Made by a program: the position numbers and the translations under genes. A stretch of DNA of 50,362 bases from an uncultured Leptolyngbya sp. GTDB taxonomy: Bacteria > Cyanobacteriota > Cyanobacteriia > Leptolyngbyales > Leptolyngbyaceae. The stretch spans positions 1-50,362 of the forward strand of contig CAXTDB010000003.1 of the NCBI GenBank assembly GCA_964242045.1. Reading direction: 5' to 3'. A model generated the notes under the pieces. That model had not been told where the DNA came from, ran no database searches, and worked only from the letters and a program-made list of their open reading frames with translations. This document shows positions 1-9,654 of the stretch, in pieces. The first letter of the stretch is position 1. The number at the start of each line of letters is the position of its first letter.

Positions 1-1947
1 GATTCCTGCGAAGCATCAAGAGACTGTGAATCAGATTATGATAGTCTTACTGTAGCAGGTTTAGAAGTCAGCACCAATGCTGAACCAAATCTAGTCACAC
101 CTGCATGGTTTGCGGAAGCGCTACTGGTGGGACAATACTGGCAGGATAGTGGTCAACTCAGGTGCTTACAGCAGCAAGTTCGGGTGCATCGTGGGCGGAT
201 GGGAAAGTATGAGGTCTGTGACTTTGTATTGCTGTTGCTTGCTTATGCGGTCAGTGGCTTAGATAGCTTGCAAGTGTTTTTTGAGCAGTTAGCCCGTATC
301 TCTTCAGTATTAATGGCAGTCTGGGGCAGACAACAGTGTCCAGCGGCATCGACGTTAAGCCGATTTCTCGCAGATATTGACTCAGAAGCAGTAGAAGCAC
401 TGCGACAGCTACTTGAGGCTGATTTGCTCGAACATGGACTGTCTTTGGAGACTGGGGTTGGGATTATCAACCGCATGGAGCATCGTCGGATTGTGTTTGA
501 TATTGATGGCACCACTCAAGTAGTGCGGCATCGGGTACTCCCAACGCAGGCAACACACCCAAAACTGAAGCGACGAAGTGAAGCCGCTTGTGCTCCTGGG
601 TATCGTGGCAGCAAACGGGGTGACGTAGTGCGGACGCGAACGGCGGTCGAGCAAGCCCACACACGAGGATGGCTGGGAACATTCGTAGGGGCTGGCAACG
701 GGACAGCTAAAAAAGATTTGAAACGAGCTTGTGCATTGATCCGTCAATATCTTCAGCAGCATCACTTGCAACCGGAAGCGGCGATTGTACGACTCGATGG
801 ACTGTATGGCAGTGCGGGCTACCTCAGCATTTTAGAGACTGCTCAGTTGGGTTACACGGTGCGTTGCCAAACCGATTCGATTGATCATCATGCGGATGGA
901 GCGGTTCGACAAACGCAAGCGCAGTGTGGGCAAATGCGCCGAGAAACACATTCATGAACCGTTCTTCACTTCATTGCCTATGGATAGCTTTACAGCAGCA
1001 GGTGTAATCAGTCTCTACAACGGACGGGGTGGATTTAAACAAACCTTATCCGAAGAAGATCGCGAACAAGACTGCGACCGCTGGTGTAGCTGGCAACCCG
1101 AAGGACAGAGCTTTTGGCAAATCTTGAGTCAATTGGTGTGGAACTGGCGCACTCGCACCGGTTGGCAACAGCAAGACCAACCCGCAGTCAGGCAAACGGT
1201 GTGGTCGCCTGCGCTGGAGAGTACCAAGTCATCAGAAACCCGCACGGAAGCAGACCCAACGCCTCAACCCAAAAAGCCACCTGAAGTTGCACCGCAATAC
1301 GGACCGATGGTGGTCTCCAATACTTGGGCATTGACCCATCACAAGCTGGCAGGCGACCACTTTACCATCATTGATGATCAAGCTGTAGAGTGTCCCGCAG
1401 GGCATCGCATGACCCGTCGCGAATTCCGTTACAACTCGGTTGGGGATATGCAAATGCTGTTTAGCTAGAAAGCAAATACCTGTCGTCGCTGCTCGTTGAG
1501 AAAACGCTGTGTCGCAGATGGCTCGAATTTGACCAATGGGCGGCGCATCAGTGGTTTCGGCGCAAGCTGCCTGAATTAATCGCCGATGCCAGTACATCAG
1601 TAGATCGCTTAACTTTCAAAGCAGCGGCGCGTAAGCTTCCTGGGACTCAAGCCATTCTTTGGATTGATATTCCAGCAACCCAACTGCGGCGGGAGGTGTA
1701 TCGTCATCTCCAGCAACACAATGTGATCATTGAATCAATGCAACCTACAGTCGATGACCATCCACAAACTCCTCGATTGCTGACTCGACATCAACGAGCG
1801 CATCGCCGCTTGAGTTGGGAACACCGACTGAAGCGCAACCAGTTAAAGCCGAAAACAGTGAATTGGTCCGTGCAACTGTTTGGCATTTCTCCAGGGCTGG
1901 CACAATTCCTCAAACAGTTGCAAAATCAACATTCTGAGACTTTATGA
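1..1947 (+). pseudogene. Degraded DDE transposase (IS1380/DDE_Tnp_1-like), fragmented and running off the window start
   Basis: Frame 1 is open from base 1 to 957, with STLSRFL, VFDIDGT and VRLDGLYG DDE-type motifs. It shifts frame near 870-880 into the YNGRGGFKQ fragment. An in-frame TAG at 1466-1468 precedes CRRCSLRKRC, and a further frameshift precedes the 1696-1947 fragment. Confidence 0.8.
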
Positions 1948-1984
1948 GGCACTCATTGCACATCACGTGGGAATATGGGTTTGA

Positions 1985-2791
1985 TCAAAGCATCTGCACG
2001 CCGCCGCTCACGGGTAGATATGCCCCTGTGATAAAGTTTGCTTCCTCAGAGGCAAGCAGCAGAATAGCTCCTGCAATATCCTCTGGCAGTCCATTGCGCT
2101 TGAGGGGCACCGTTTGCGCCGAAGCGTCTTTGCGGTCCTGGGGAAGCTGGGCAGTCGCATCAGTCAGGGTTAACCCAGGCGAAACAACATTGGCACGAAT
2201 GCCATGCGGTCCAAGTTCCAGTGCCAAACTTTTGATAAAGGCATCTAACCCGGATTTAGCCGTGCTGTGGGCGCTAAAACCTTCACCCGGAGAGCGGGAT
2301 AAGCTGCTGCTGACCGCAATAATGCAGCCCCGCTTCTGTTCAATCATCGAGGGAATGACGGCTTTGCAGGGAAAGAAGGCTCCTTTGAGTTCTCCGAGCA
2401 ATTTGGCTTCAAAGTCTTCCCACTGGTAACTGACAAAGGGAGCAATGGGGAAGTTTGCGTTGGCATTGATCACCAGCGTATCGATCGCCCCCAGCGTCTT
2501 TGAAACCTGTTCCACCATTACATTCACTGCTTGCGGGTCGCGCACATCCGCTTTCACGGCAACTGCCCGACCCCCAGTGGAAGTAATCGATTCAACCACT
2601 TCTTGAGCCGCTGCTTCACTGCCATAGTAATTCACGCCGATCGCTGCTCCCGCTTGCCCCAGTCGCTTCGCGGTTGCTGCACCAATGCCGCGACTTGCCC
2701 CTGTAATCAGCACAACGCGATCTTGCAGTTGTAGAGTCGAATTTGCAGCTTGTTGAGATTGGACTGTAACCTGAGATTGAATTGTAACCAT
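1985..2791 (-). CDS. Short-chain dehydrogenase/reductase (FabG-like SDR)
   Basis: TGASRGIG Rossmann motif, INA, HxxxK in place of YxxxK (AHSTAK), GIRANVVSPG and ITGAYLPVSGG. Confidence 0.93.
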   Translation of the reverse strand: MVTIQSQVTVQSQQAANSTLQLQDRVVLITGASRGIGAATAKRLGQAGAAIGVNYYGSEAAAQEVVESITSTGGRAVAVKADVRDPQAVNVMVEQVSKTLGAIDTLVINANANFPIAPFVSYQWEDFEAKLLGELKGAFFPCKAVIPSMIEQKRGCIIAVSSSLSRSPGEGFSAHSTAKSGLDAFIKSLALELGPHGIRANVVSPGLTLTDATAQLPQDRKDASAQTVPLKRNGLPEDIAGAILLLASEEANFITGAYLPVSGGVQML

Positions 2792-2881
2792 CGGTTTCTC
2801 CTTTTTTGCTAAAACTTTGATGTTGCTAGTAGCACCAGAAATAATCTTCGTTCACCGACATTACTGAAGTTGGGAAGAGCA

Positions 2882-4063
2882 TCAGGCGATTGCTGCTTCC
2901 GGTGCTTTGACCGCTTCCGCCTGAGCCGTATAAAGTGACCCCGCAAATATCAGCAATCCCCCCACCCAAATCCACAGATCCGGCACTTCGGCAAACAGCC
3001 AATATCCCAAAGCACTCGACCAAATCAGTTGTGTAAAGTCCACTGGCAGCACGGCAGTCAAATCGGCTTCCTCAAATGCCTGCGCTACTGCCATCTGTCC
3101 GCCCAGCATCAAGACCGCGATCGCAGCGATGCCCAAAATCTGCACCAGCGTCGGCATCTGCCACACTCCCAAAGCCGGAATCAGCAGCAGCGGAGTTATC
3201 ATCAACAGCGCATAAGCGTTGCTGGTCAAACTCGAATCGGTCTGACTCAGAACTTTCAGCAGCAGCATTGATCCAGCCAGCCCGATCGCCCCGCCTAAAA
3301 TCAGCAGCGAACCCAGCCCGACAATTTCCAAGCCCGGACGCAAAATCACCAGCGTTCCAACTAGCCCCAACCCGATCGCCACAGCGCTGTGCGGCTGCAT
3401 CTGTTCTCCGAGAAATAGGGTGGCTCCTAGCATGGCAAACAGCGGAGCCGTAAACAGAAGGGCATTCGCCTCAGCTAAAGGAATCAGCGGCAGTCCGACA
3501 AACAGCAGTAGCGTTGCGCCTGCATCGATGATCGATCGCAAGCCATGCCAATGCAGTTGATTCGTCTTTAAAGCGTTGCCATTCGCAATCCAAGGTGTCA
3601 GGATAATAAGCCCAAACAAATGACTCAAAAAGGCAATCTGTAAAGGATGAATGCTAACCGCCAGCAGGCGAATCACCGCCTGCATTCCAGCAAATGAGCC
3701 GGTTGCCAGCAGCATCCAGCCGACACCGCCTAGATTGTTCGATCCTTTAGATGCGTCAGTCGCAGGTAATTCGACTCGTTGAGGAATTTGAAACGTGACG
3801 GCTCGCTGAATGATCGCCCGGAGGCGATCGCACAGTTCGATCGAATCGGCGATCGTATGCTGCACAATCAAAGAACTGGCAGCGGCATTGATGCGAACGT
3901 CCGTCACAAAATCGAGCGATGCCGTCAGCCAGTGCAGCCTTTTCGCATACTCCGCATCGATCGCCAATCGAGGAATGCGAATCCGAATCCGATTGGGAAT
4001 AACGTGGACAATCTGGCAAGGAACCATTTTGACAGTTGGAACCGCGAGGTGAGCTTGAGTCAT
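2882..4063 (-). CDS. EamA/DMT family transporter with an N-terminal HMA-like domain
   Basis: N-terminus IVHVIPNRIRIRIP...VRINAAASSLIV resembles the HMA_2 domain. It is followed by about 10 TM helices with EamA signatures (FTAPLF, LFLGE, ILRPG, LFAEVP). Confidence 0.88.
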   Translation of the reverse strand: MTQAHLAVPTVKMVPCQIVHVIPNRIRIRIPRLAIDAEYAKRLHWLTASLDFVTDVRINAAASSLIVQHTIADSIELCDRLRAIIQRAVTFQIPQRVELPATDASKGSNNLGGVGWMLLATGSFAGMQAVIRLLAVSIHPLQIAFLSHLFGLIILTPWIANGNALKTNQLHWHGLRSIIDAGATLLLFVGLPLIPLAEANALLFTAPLFAMLGATLFLGEQMQPHSAVAIGLGLVGTLVILRPGLEIVGLGSLLILGGAIGLAGSMLLLKVLSQTDSSLTSNAYALLMITPLLLIPALGVWQMPTLVQILGIAAIAVLMLGGQMAVAQAFEEADLTAVLPVDFTQLIWSSALGYWLFAEVPDLWIWVGGLLIFAGSLYTAQAEAVKAPEAAIA

Positions 4064-4235
4064 GACTCATACCTCCTATTTGAGGGGTGTTTGAAAAAAC
4101 GTTTTCGCTCGGATGATTAGCGTGAGAAGGTGAGCGCTTCGATTAACAGACGAATCCGATCTTTTGTAAACTCCCTCATAGCCTAGAGTACGCCAAGTGG
4201 GAGCGGAAACTGCTTGTGCAAACGCTACACTTAAA

Positions 4236-4298
4236 TAGTAAAGCCTCCTGACCAATTAGTAAAGTAGCTTAACTATTTTTGATAAAGTAGCCTGACTA
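4236..4298. promoter_or_regulatory. Three tandem 19-bp imperfect palindromes, probable MarR operators
   Basis: TAGTAAAGCCTCCTGACCA (4236), TAGTAAAGTAGCTTAACTA (4257) and TGATAAAGTAGCCTGACTA (4280) lie between the divergent EamA and MarR genes. Confidence 0.7.
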
Positions 4299-4314
4299 TC
4301 GGGCTAAAGCGACT

Positions 4315-5124
4315 ATGCAATCCCACCACCAACCGCCACCCAATCCTCAACCGCCGTCTCGTGCCGATATCATCCAGGCAGCACGCCACCCGAATATCGG
4401 ACGTTCGCTGGCGCGGGTTTACCGTACCCTCTCTGAAAGCGGCACGGCAGAACTGAGGCGACGGGGACATCAAATAAACATTACTCATGCGACCGTCGTG
4501 CCGCTTGTGGATCTAGAGGGAACCCGTTTAAGCGTCTTAGCAGAACGAGTGGGCGTGACCAAGCAAGCGATGACCCAGCTTGTGCAGGAACTGGAGCGAC
4601 ACGGATATGTTTCGCGGCAACCGGATTTGAGCGATCGCCGTGCCCAGATCATTCAAACCACCGAGCGCGGCTGGCAGCTCTTAGACGACTTGTTTGAAAT
4701 GCGGCAAATGATGGAAGAGAGCATCGATCGCCACTTGGGAACCACTGATGCTGAAGTCCTGCACAGGCTGCTGTTAGATCTGGCGAATGAGTACACAGGC
4801 TATGGCATCCAGGCAGCCCCTACTGGAAGTCATGATTACAATGCTGACGTGATGACGCTCAATTTTTCTGGGCATAGCGGCATTTACCACGCTCAAGGGC
4901 GCAGTATTGTGCTCAAGGGTTCAGGCAATAGCCTTACGATTCGAGGTGTCTGCCCGCATCTGTGGATTCATGGCAACGGTAACGCGATCGCGATCGACAC
5001 AGTAGGGGCGATTACCGTTGAGGGGGCTGGCAATACCGGAGTTTGGAAACAGGCGATCGGAGGAAAATGTCCTCAACTGCTCCTTCCAAACAAGGGCAAT
5101 TACTTCACTTACCGCCAGCATTAG
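4315..5124 (+). CDS. MarR family regulator fused to a C-terminal beta-solenoid (DUF3060-like) domain
   Basis: LAERVGVTKQAMTQLVQELERHGYV...DRRA is a MarR wHTH. The C-terminus has repeats IVLKGSGNSL, LWIHGNGNAI and ITVEGAGNTG. Confidence 0.85.
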   Translation: MQSHHQPPPNPQPPSRADIIQAARHPNIGRSLARVYRTLSESGTAELRRRGHQINITHATVVPLVDLEGTRLSVLAERVGVTKQAMTQLVQELERHGYVSRQPDLSDRRAQIIQTTERGWQLLDDLFEMRQMMEESIDRHLGTTDAEVLHRLLLDLANEYTGYGIQAAPTGSHDYNADVMTLNFSGHSGIYHAQGRSIVLKGSGNSLTIRGVCPHLWIHGNGNAIAIDTVGAITVEGAGNTGVWKQAIGGKCPQLLLPNKGNYFTYRQH

Positions 5125-5179
5125 TCAGGCATGCTGCGGGCATCGGGGTGCAACAGCGTGACGTACACACTTCCGCTTC

Positions 5180-5271
5180 TATAGCCTGATGCAGTTCGGT
5201 GAGAACAAAGGGCCTAAGCCCCTTGTTCTCTACAGCGTTTAATCTGTCCTATGTAGAGTGCTTACGGCTAT
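5180..5271. repeat. MITE/REP-like small element with ATAGCC...GGCTAT ends and an internal hairpin
   Basis: The terminal inverted hexamers flank the near-perfect palindrome GAGAACAAAGGG-CCTAAG-CCCCTTGTTCTC (5201-5230). Confidence 0.55.
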
Positions 5272-5654
5272 GAAATTTCATAATCAATTTTATGAAGAAG
5301 CTCTACGTCGGCTCAATTTCGCTATTACTAAATTTATTTTTTCGAGCTTTGGAATTCTGCACTCGCCCGCAGAATTCCTCGCCAAAATCCCGATTCTTGT
5401 TAAGTGGTGAAACGTTTGAATTGCTTGACGACAGAACAGAGCTGGATTTTGACGACTGAGGCGGACTGACTGTGTGACAGCCGTTTTGCTTCTTGCGATC
5501 TCGCTTTGTTTGATCGCGCCTGTTTTGTTTTCCCTAACTAATGCCAAGAAGTTGGGGAACTGCAAAGAAAACATTCCGAAAGAGTTGAGATCGCGTTCAG
5601 CAGCCAGCAAGATGCGCCGCTTCGCATTTGGTCAAACCGAGCAAATCATTTCTC

Positions 5655-5903
5655 TTAATGAGCACTGCGTTCAAGCTGAAGAATATCTAGGTCAGTTGTT
5701 CCAAACGCCTCGGCTAACTCATCCCAGGAACAATCAAGCATCGCGCAGAAAATCTTCATTTGTCTCGAATTCAATTTTGGAACCGCTCGCTTCGTTTCCC
5801 ACGCACTAACAGTTTGGTGGCTGATATCAAGAGCTTTCGCCAAGTCACCCTAACTGATTTTTCTTTTACGCCGCTTGAAAAGAAGCCAATCAGCAAAAGT
5901 CAT
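5655..5903 (-). pseudogene. XRE family HTH regulator with an internal nonsense codon
   Basis: From ATG 5903 the frame reads MTFADWLLFKRRKRKIS*GDLAKALDISHQTVSAWE. The TAG at 5850-5852 replaces the usual Q of the SQxxLA motif. Confidence 0.8.
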
Positions 5904-6229
5904 AGAAAAACTTCAGCCCGTTCGAAAAATGATACCTGTTGGAATAGAATAACCCAATCTCTGACAATCGAGAAATTCCTTAACCGTGAACATTTTCAGC
6001 TTTCTGACCCACTAGAACATTCCATTGATCTAGAAATTTCTTAATAAGTAGATTATTTGGCTGCAAAAGCCAGTAGAGGATGCTAATTCCTCACGATGCT
6101 ACGTTGCAGAACTGTAGTAACGACGTAGCTAGAAATAGTATGTTTGTCTGATCAACTCCAAAAATTTGTTCTCGATCAGGGTGAGCAAAGGTGTGTGAAC
6201 CCCGATCGATTCTCAATGCTCGTTTTCAT

Positions 6230-6796
6230 CTAAAACTTCAGCACTGCGATCGCTCGTTCAATCTGTTGCTCTGAAACCTCTAGATACCGTTGCAAGGCTT
6301 GCAGCGATCGATGTCCTGAAATCTCTTGAATCACCCGTAGTGGAACTCCTGCTGCTGCCATCTGAGTCAGAGCCGTGCGCCGAAAGCTGTGCGTACTGGC
6401 TCCCTCAATTCCGATTCGTGCAAATGCTTCGCGCAAAATTGCATCTGCCGATCGCGGATTGAGATGACCGCGTCCATGTCGCCCAGGGAAAAGATACAGC
6501 TTGCCTGCTTGATCCCGGTGCTCCTCTAAATAATCGCGCAACTGCGGATGGGTGCTGATTTGCCGCGTCGATTGCTCCCCTTTCGTGTTGCCTTTGCGAA
6601 TCGTGATTTTTCCTCGCACCCCGATCGCATCGAACACATCGCCCGTGAGCATTGTGCACCCTTCGTTGATCCGACAGCCCGTAAAAAAGCAGACGGCAAA
6701 CAACGCGCGATCGCGATCGCAGTTAAACGCTCGAAACAGTTGAGCGATTTCTTCCCCATTCAGAATTTTTGCCTGACCATGCCCCCCAACCTTCAT
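6230..6796 (-). CDS. Tyrosine recombinase (catalytic-domain-only, plasmid resolvase type)
   Basis: TGCRINE, HSFRRT, ISGH and RY catalytic motifs. The likely start is ATG 6796 (MKVGGHGQAKIL) with GGAGG upstream. Confidence 0.93.
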   Translation of the reverse strand: MKVGGHGQAKILNGEEIAQLFRAFNCDRDRALFAVCFFTGCRINEGCTMLTGDVFDAIGVRGKITIRKGNTKGEQSTRQISTHPQLRDYLEEHRDQAGKLYLFPGRHGRGHLNPRSADAILREAFARIGIEGASTHSFRRTALTQMAAAGVPLRVIQEISGHRSLQALQRYLEVSEQQIERAIAVLKF

Positions 6797-6810
6797 TTGA
6801 CCCTCCACTA

Positions 6811-6842
6811 TTACATGAAGAAATTGTACTTTCTTCATGTAA
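6811..6842. promoter_or_regulatory. Perfect 13-6-13 inverted repeat, candidate recombinase core site/operator
   Basis: TTACATGAAGAAA-TTGTAC-TTTCTTCATGTAA, 14 bp upstream of the recombinase start. Confidence 0.7.
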
Positions 6843-7192
6843 CGACTGAAAGTGCCGAAAACTCATTGCGACAATGAGAACGATCATATAAACGGTGGTT
6901 CTATCTTTAGTTATTGGTACTTATTCTCATTTAACTCAAGCATTTACAGTCGAACAAGTCTGAACTTTGTAAATCTATTGTTTTGCAGCAAGCATGGCTT
7001 GCCTTCAACAGTTAATCAGTAAAATCTTATTAACGCTGAAACTGTGCAGACAATTATGCGGTGGGTCGATTGAATTTTGATTGGGCAACCGCGTCAGTTT
7101 TTCGCGTCCAAACAGTCAGAGTACAAGTAGATTAATGGAACTGACTTCTGAGACTGTGATGTTGAAGTGCTACATATCGTGCAAGTTGTATT

Positions 7193-9106
7193 CTATTTCC
7201 ACACTTGTTTGAGTTCGATTCTGTGAACATTCTGTAAATCTTGAAAAGCGCTGCCCACAGCAATAACTTGTGTATTTCGCATACCTGCTCGATTTACTAA
7301 ATCTATAAAAGGCTCCAGAATAAAGTTTTCTGTATCCGTTCTTGAAGAGCCATCACCAAAGGTTGGTGGAAAATCCAAAATACTTAATCCTGGATAGTGG
7401 TAAGACCCTTCATTAGATAATGATAGTAACGCATAGTTATAAGCAGATAAGAAATACAGTTTCATCGTAGCGCCAAGGCTACTTACTTTATTTCCACCTA
7501 TGGTAAAACTGAAACTTTTCTCCTTCAAACGTAATCTGATTTCACCTTGAGTCCAAGAATTTGGATTTTTGCCCTTTACCAAATTGAGATATGTATTCAT
7601 TTGGGTAGCAAAAAATGAGCTAGGCTTTTCAAAACTAATTTCTTGAGACAATCTTGCCACCTCAGTTTCTAGAACACCTATTTCGTCTTCAATACGGAGA
7701 ATCTGTGCTGATAAATCTTCTTGCAGGTCAAGAGCATCTTTTATTCTTTCAAGCTGTCTCTTTCGTTCTTGAACTCGTCCTAAATCCATATCAATTTGAG
7801 GTATTACAGGGGGTATGATGACTGCCGCTACCGCCTGCATAGGTTTCATCTGTTGTTGAACATAAGCAAGCTCTTCATCAACAGAACGTTGGTTAGAAAA
7901 TAGAGTTTCGAGTTCATTGCCTATTGCATCAACTAGCTCCTGAGCTTCTAGCTTTTCATCTCGGAGTTGATCAACTTCAAACTCAATCCGCTGCTCACTT
8001 GAACTGAGATCATTGACGTTCAGCTCAAGTGGCTGATGGCATAAGTAGCAATGATTAGGAGACGCATTTTTTGAGTCAACAGACTGCTCGCATACAGGGC
8101 AGTGAGTCACTCGTAAATCTCGAAAAACCTGACCAGCACTTTTGGCACGTTCAATCCTAGACAGCTCATCTTCTATTTTCGTGTTGTATTCTTCTAAATC
8201 TCTTAAACGAAACTGAGTTGATTGTATTTGTGATGAAATTTCGCTTCTTTTTGATTGAAGCCGCATCCACTTATCGCTTAATTGTTCAAAAGCTGCTGCT
8301 TGTGCTGAGTTCGATGTTTGCAGCGCATTATTCTGTAACGAAACAAGCACTTCATCTCGTTGCATAAGCAAATTATCAGTTTCAATATCCAAATCTTGAA
8401 TAGCTAAATCTATAGATTCAACTGTAACAGCAACACCTAGACCTTGACCGCTCAAAAGTTCTCTTGATATTTGATTAAGCGTACTAACAAATTCCTCTCT
8501 CCGAACTTCCTGTTTATAAATTTCCTTCTGTTTCTCTGCCAGTTTCTCATACGCTGGAGAGAAGAGATATTCGGCAATCCCTAGAAACAATAAAATACAA
8601 GCGTGTTGATCAACTTCAGGCTGCTTATTTACCAGGTCACTCCACGATGTCTGTCTGCGATATATGTGACGAAGTAGACTCTGCCAACTAAGTTCCGGCC
8701 ATGTACGCAGCGATAGAGGATTTCCTTGCGGATAATGTACTGTAGGAATATCTAGAAGAGATAATAGATGAAATGAAAACTGATCTGCTGTGATTGGGGT
8801 TTCATTAATAAAAACCTTACTTTTGTTACCAGCTTGCTTCCAATTTCGCTCCAATATAAGTTCCTCATCTCCAATCATGAAGATGCCTTTAATTGAACTA
8901 TACTTTTTAACAAGCTCTTCATCAAATGCGTTAGCTGGATTGCTGTCTCGATCTCCCATTAGAAAGTTAAGCATACGTAGCCATTGAGTCTTACCTGTAT
9001 TTGGATTTCCTACTAAAACATTAACTCCAGGCTGGAAGTTCAGTTCATCAAAGTCACCAGTTTTAGGTAAGCGACTGAGTTGTTTAATTACTAATGTCTT
9101 TGTCAT
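7193..9106 (-). CDS. lmuB: SMC/Rad50-like ABC ATPase of a Lamassu (ABC-three-component) system
   Basis: Walker A GNPNTGKT, long coiled coils, central CPVC...CYLC zinc motif, signature-like SSLGA and Walker B-like SILDFP. Its start overlaps the upstream stop (TGATG). Confidence 0.82.
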   Translation of the reverse strand: MTKTLVIKQLSRLPKTGDFDELNFQPGVNVLVGNPNTGKTQWLRMLNFLMGDRDSNPANAFDEELVKKYSSIKGIFMIGDEELILERNWKQAGNKSKVFINETPITADQFSFHLLSLLDIPTVHYPQGNPLSLRTWPELSWQSLLRHIYRRQTSWSDLVNKQPEVDQHACILLFLGIAEYLFSPAYEKLAEKQKEIYKQEVRREEFVSTLNQISRELLSGQGLGVAVTVESIDLAIQDLDIETDNLLMQRDEVLVSLQNNALQTSNSAQAAAFEQLSDKWMRLQSKRSEISSQIQSTQFRLRDLEEYNTKIEDELSRIERAKSAGQVFRDLRVTHCPVCEQSVDSKNASPNHCYLCHQPLELNVNDLSSSEQRIEFEVDQLRDEKLEAQELVDAIGNELETLFSNQRSVDEELAYVQQQMKPMQAVAAVIIPPVIPQIDMDLGRVQERKRQLERIKDALDLQEDLSAQILRIEDEIGVLETEVARLSQEISFEKPSSFFATQMNTYLNLVKGKNPNSWTQGEIRLRLKEKSFSFTIGGNKVSSLGATMKLYFLSAYNYALLSLSNEGSYHYPGLSILDFPPTFGDGSSRTDTENFILEPFIDLVNRAGMRNTQVIAVGSAFQDLQNVHRIELKQVWK

Positions 9107-9654
9107 CACTCAATCACCTCTCCTAAAGATTTCTGTGCAACTTCTTGTTGGAAAATCTGATAAATTAGATTCTTCAAAGTTGAGCCAGCCTTTCTGCCGA
9201 AGATATCTTTTACACGACGCATCTGCTCACATAACTGGTTATAATTTGGCTCACTTACTAAAAGTTTCGCTCGTTGTTTTCCTACTGCGGTCAGTTTGAA
9301 TTTATAGGAATTCCCTTCTTTTGTTATCTGAATTAATCCTCGACTTCTTAAATAAGCTAGTACCTCGTAGTATCGATGATCCCAAGGACCGTAATGATAA
9401 CGAACCATGCTTGATTCAATGGAGTTTGAAGCAGACTGAAGTTGCTCTCCAAAAACTTCACAAGCTTTGTCAAAGAATTGCGGATATCTCACAAAGAAGT
9501 CCAATTTCGCTAATTTCGTTAGCCCATCAATGCGCCCACCAGTACCGCATAGTTCCAATAGTAAAAGTAGCCTAGCTGCATGAAACTCTATGATGTCATC
9601 TGCTAAGAGAGATGTACCTGCTGGAAGTTTTGAAAGCTCATGTACAAACTTCAT
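9106..9654 (-). CDS. lmuC: Middle component (LmuC-like) of a Lamassu/ABC-3C system
   Basis: Small wHTH-like protein (KLAKLDFFVRYP, MVRYHYGPWD) translationally coupled between the nuclease (ATGA overlap at 9651-9654) and the SMC ATPase. Confidence 0.72.
   Translation of the reverse strand: MKFVHELSKLPAGTSLLADDIIEFHAARLLLLLELCGTGGRIDGLTKLAKLDFFVRYPQFFDKACEVFGEQLQSASNSIESSMVRYHYGPWDHRYYEVLAYLRSRGLIQITKEGNSYKFKLTAVGKQRAKLLVSEPNYNQLCEQMRRVKDIFGRKAGSTLKNLIYQIFQQEVAQKSLGEVIE

Noticed and set aside
4118-4179. Possible 20-aa leader peptide upstream of the EamA gene
   Set aside because: No informative codon bias or attenuator structure seen.
5290-5809. 106-aa and 111-aa ORFs downstream of the XRE gene
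   Set aside because: No recognisable motifs, weak starts and mutual overlap; cannot be supported as genes.
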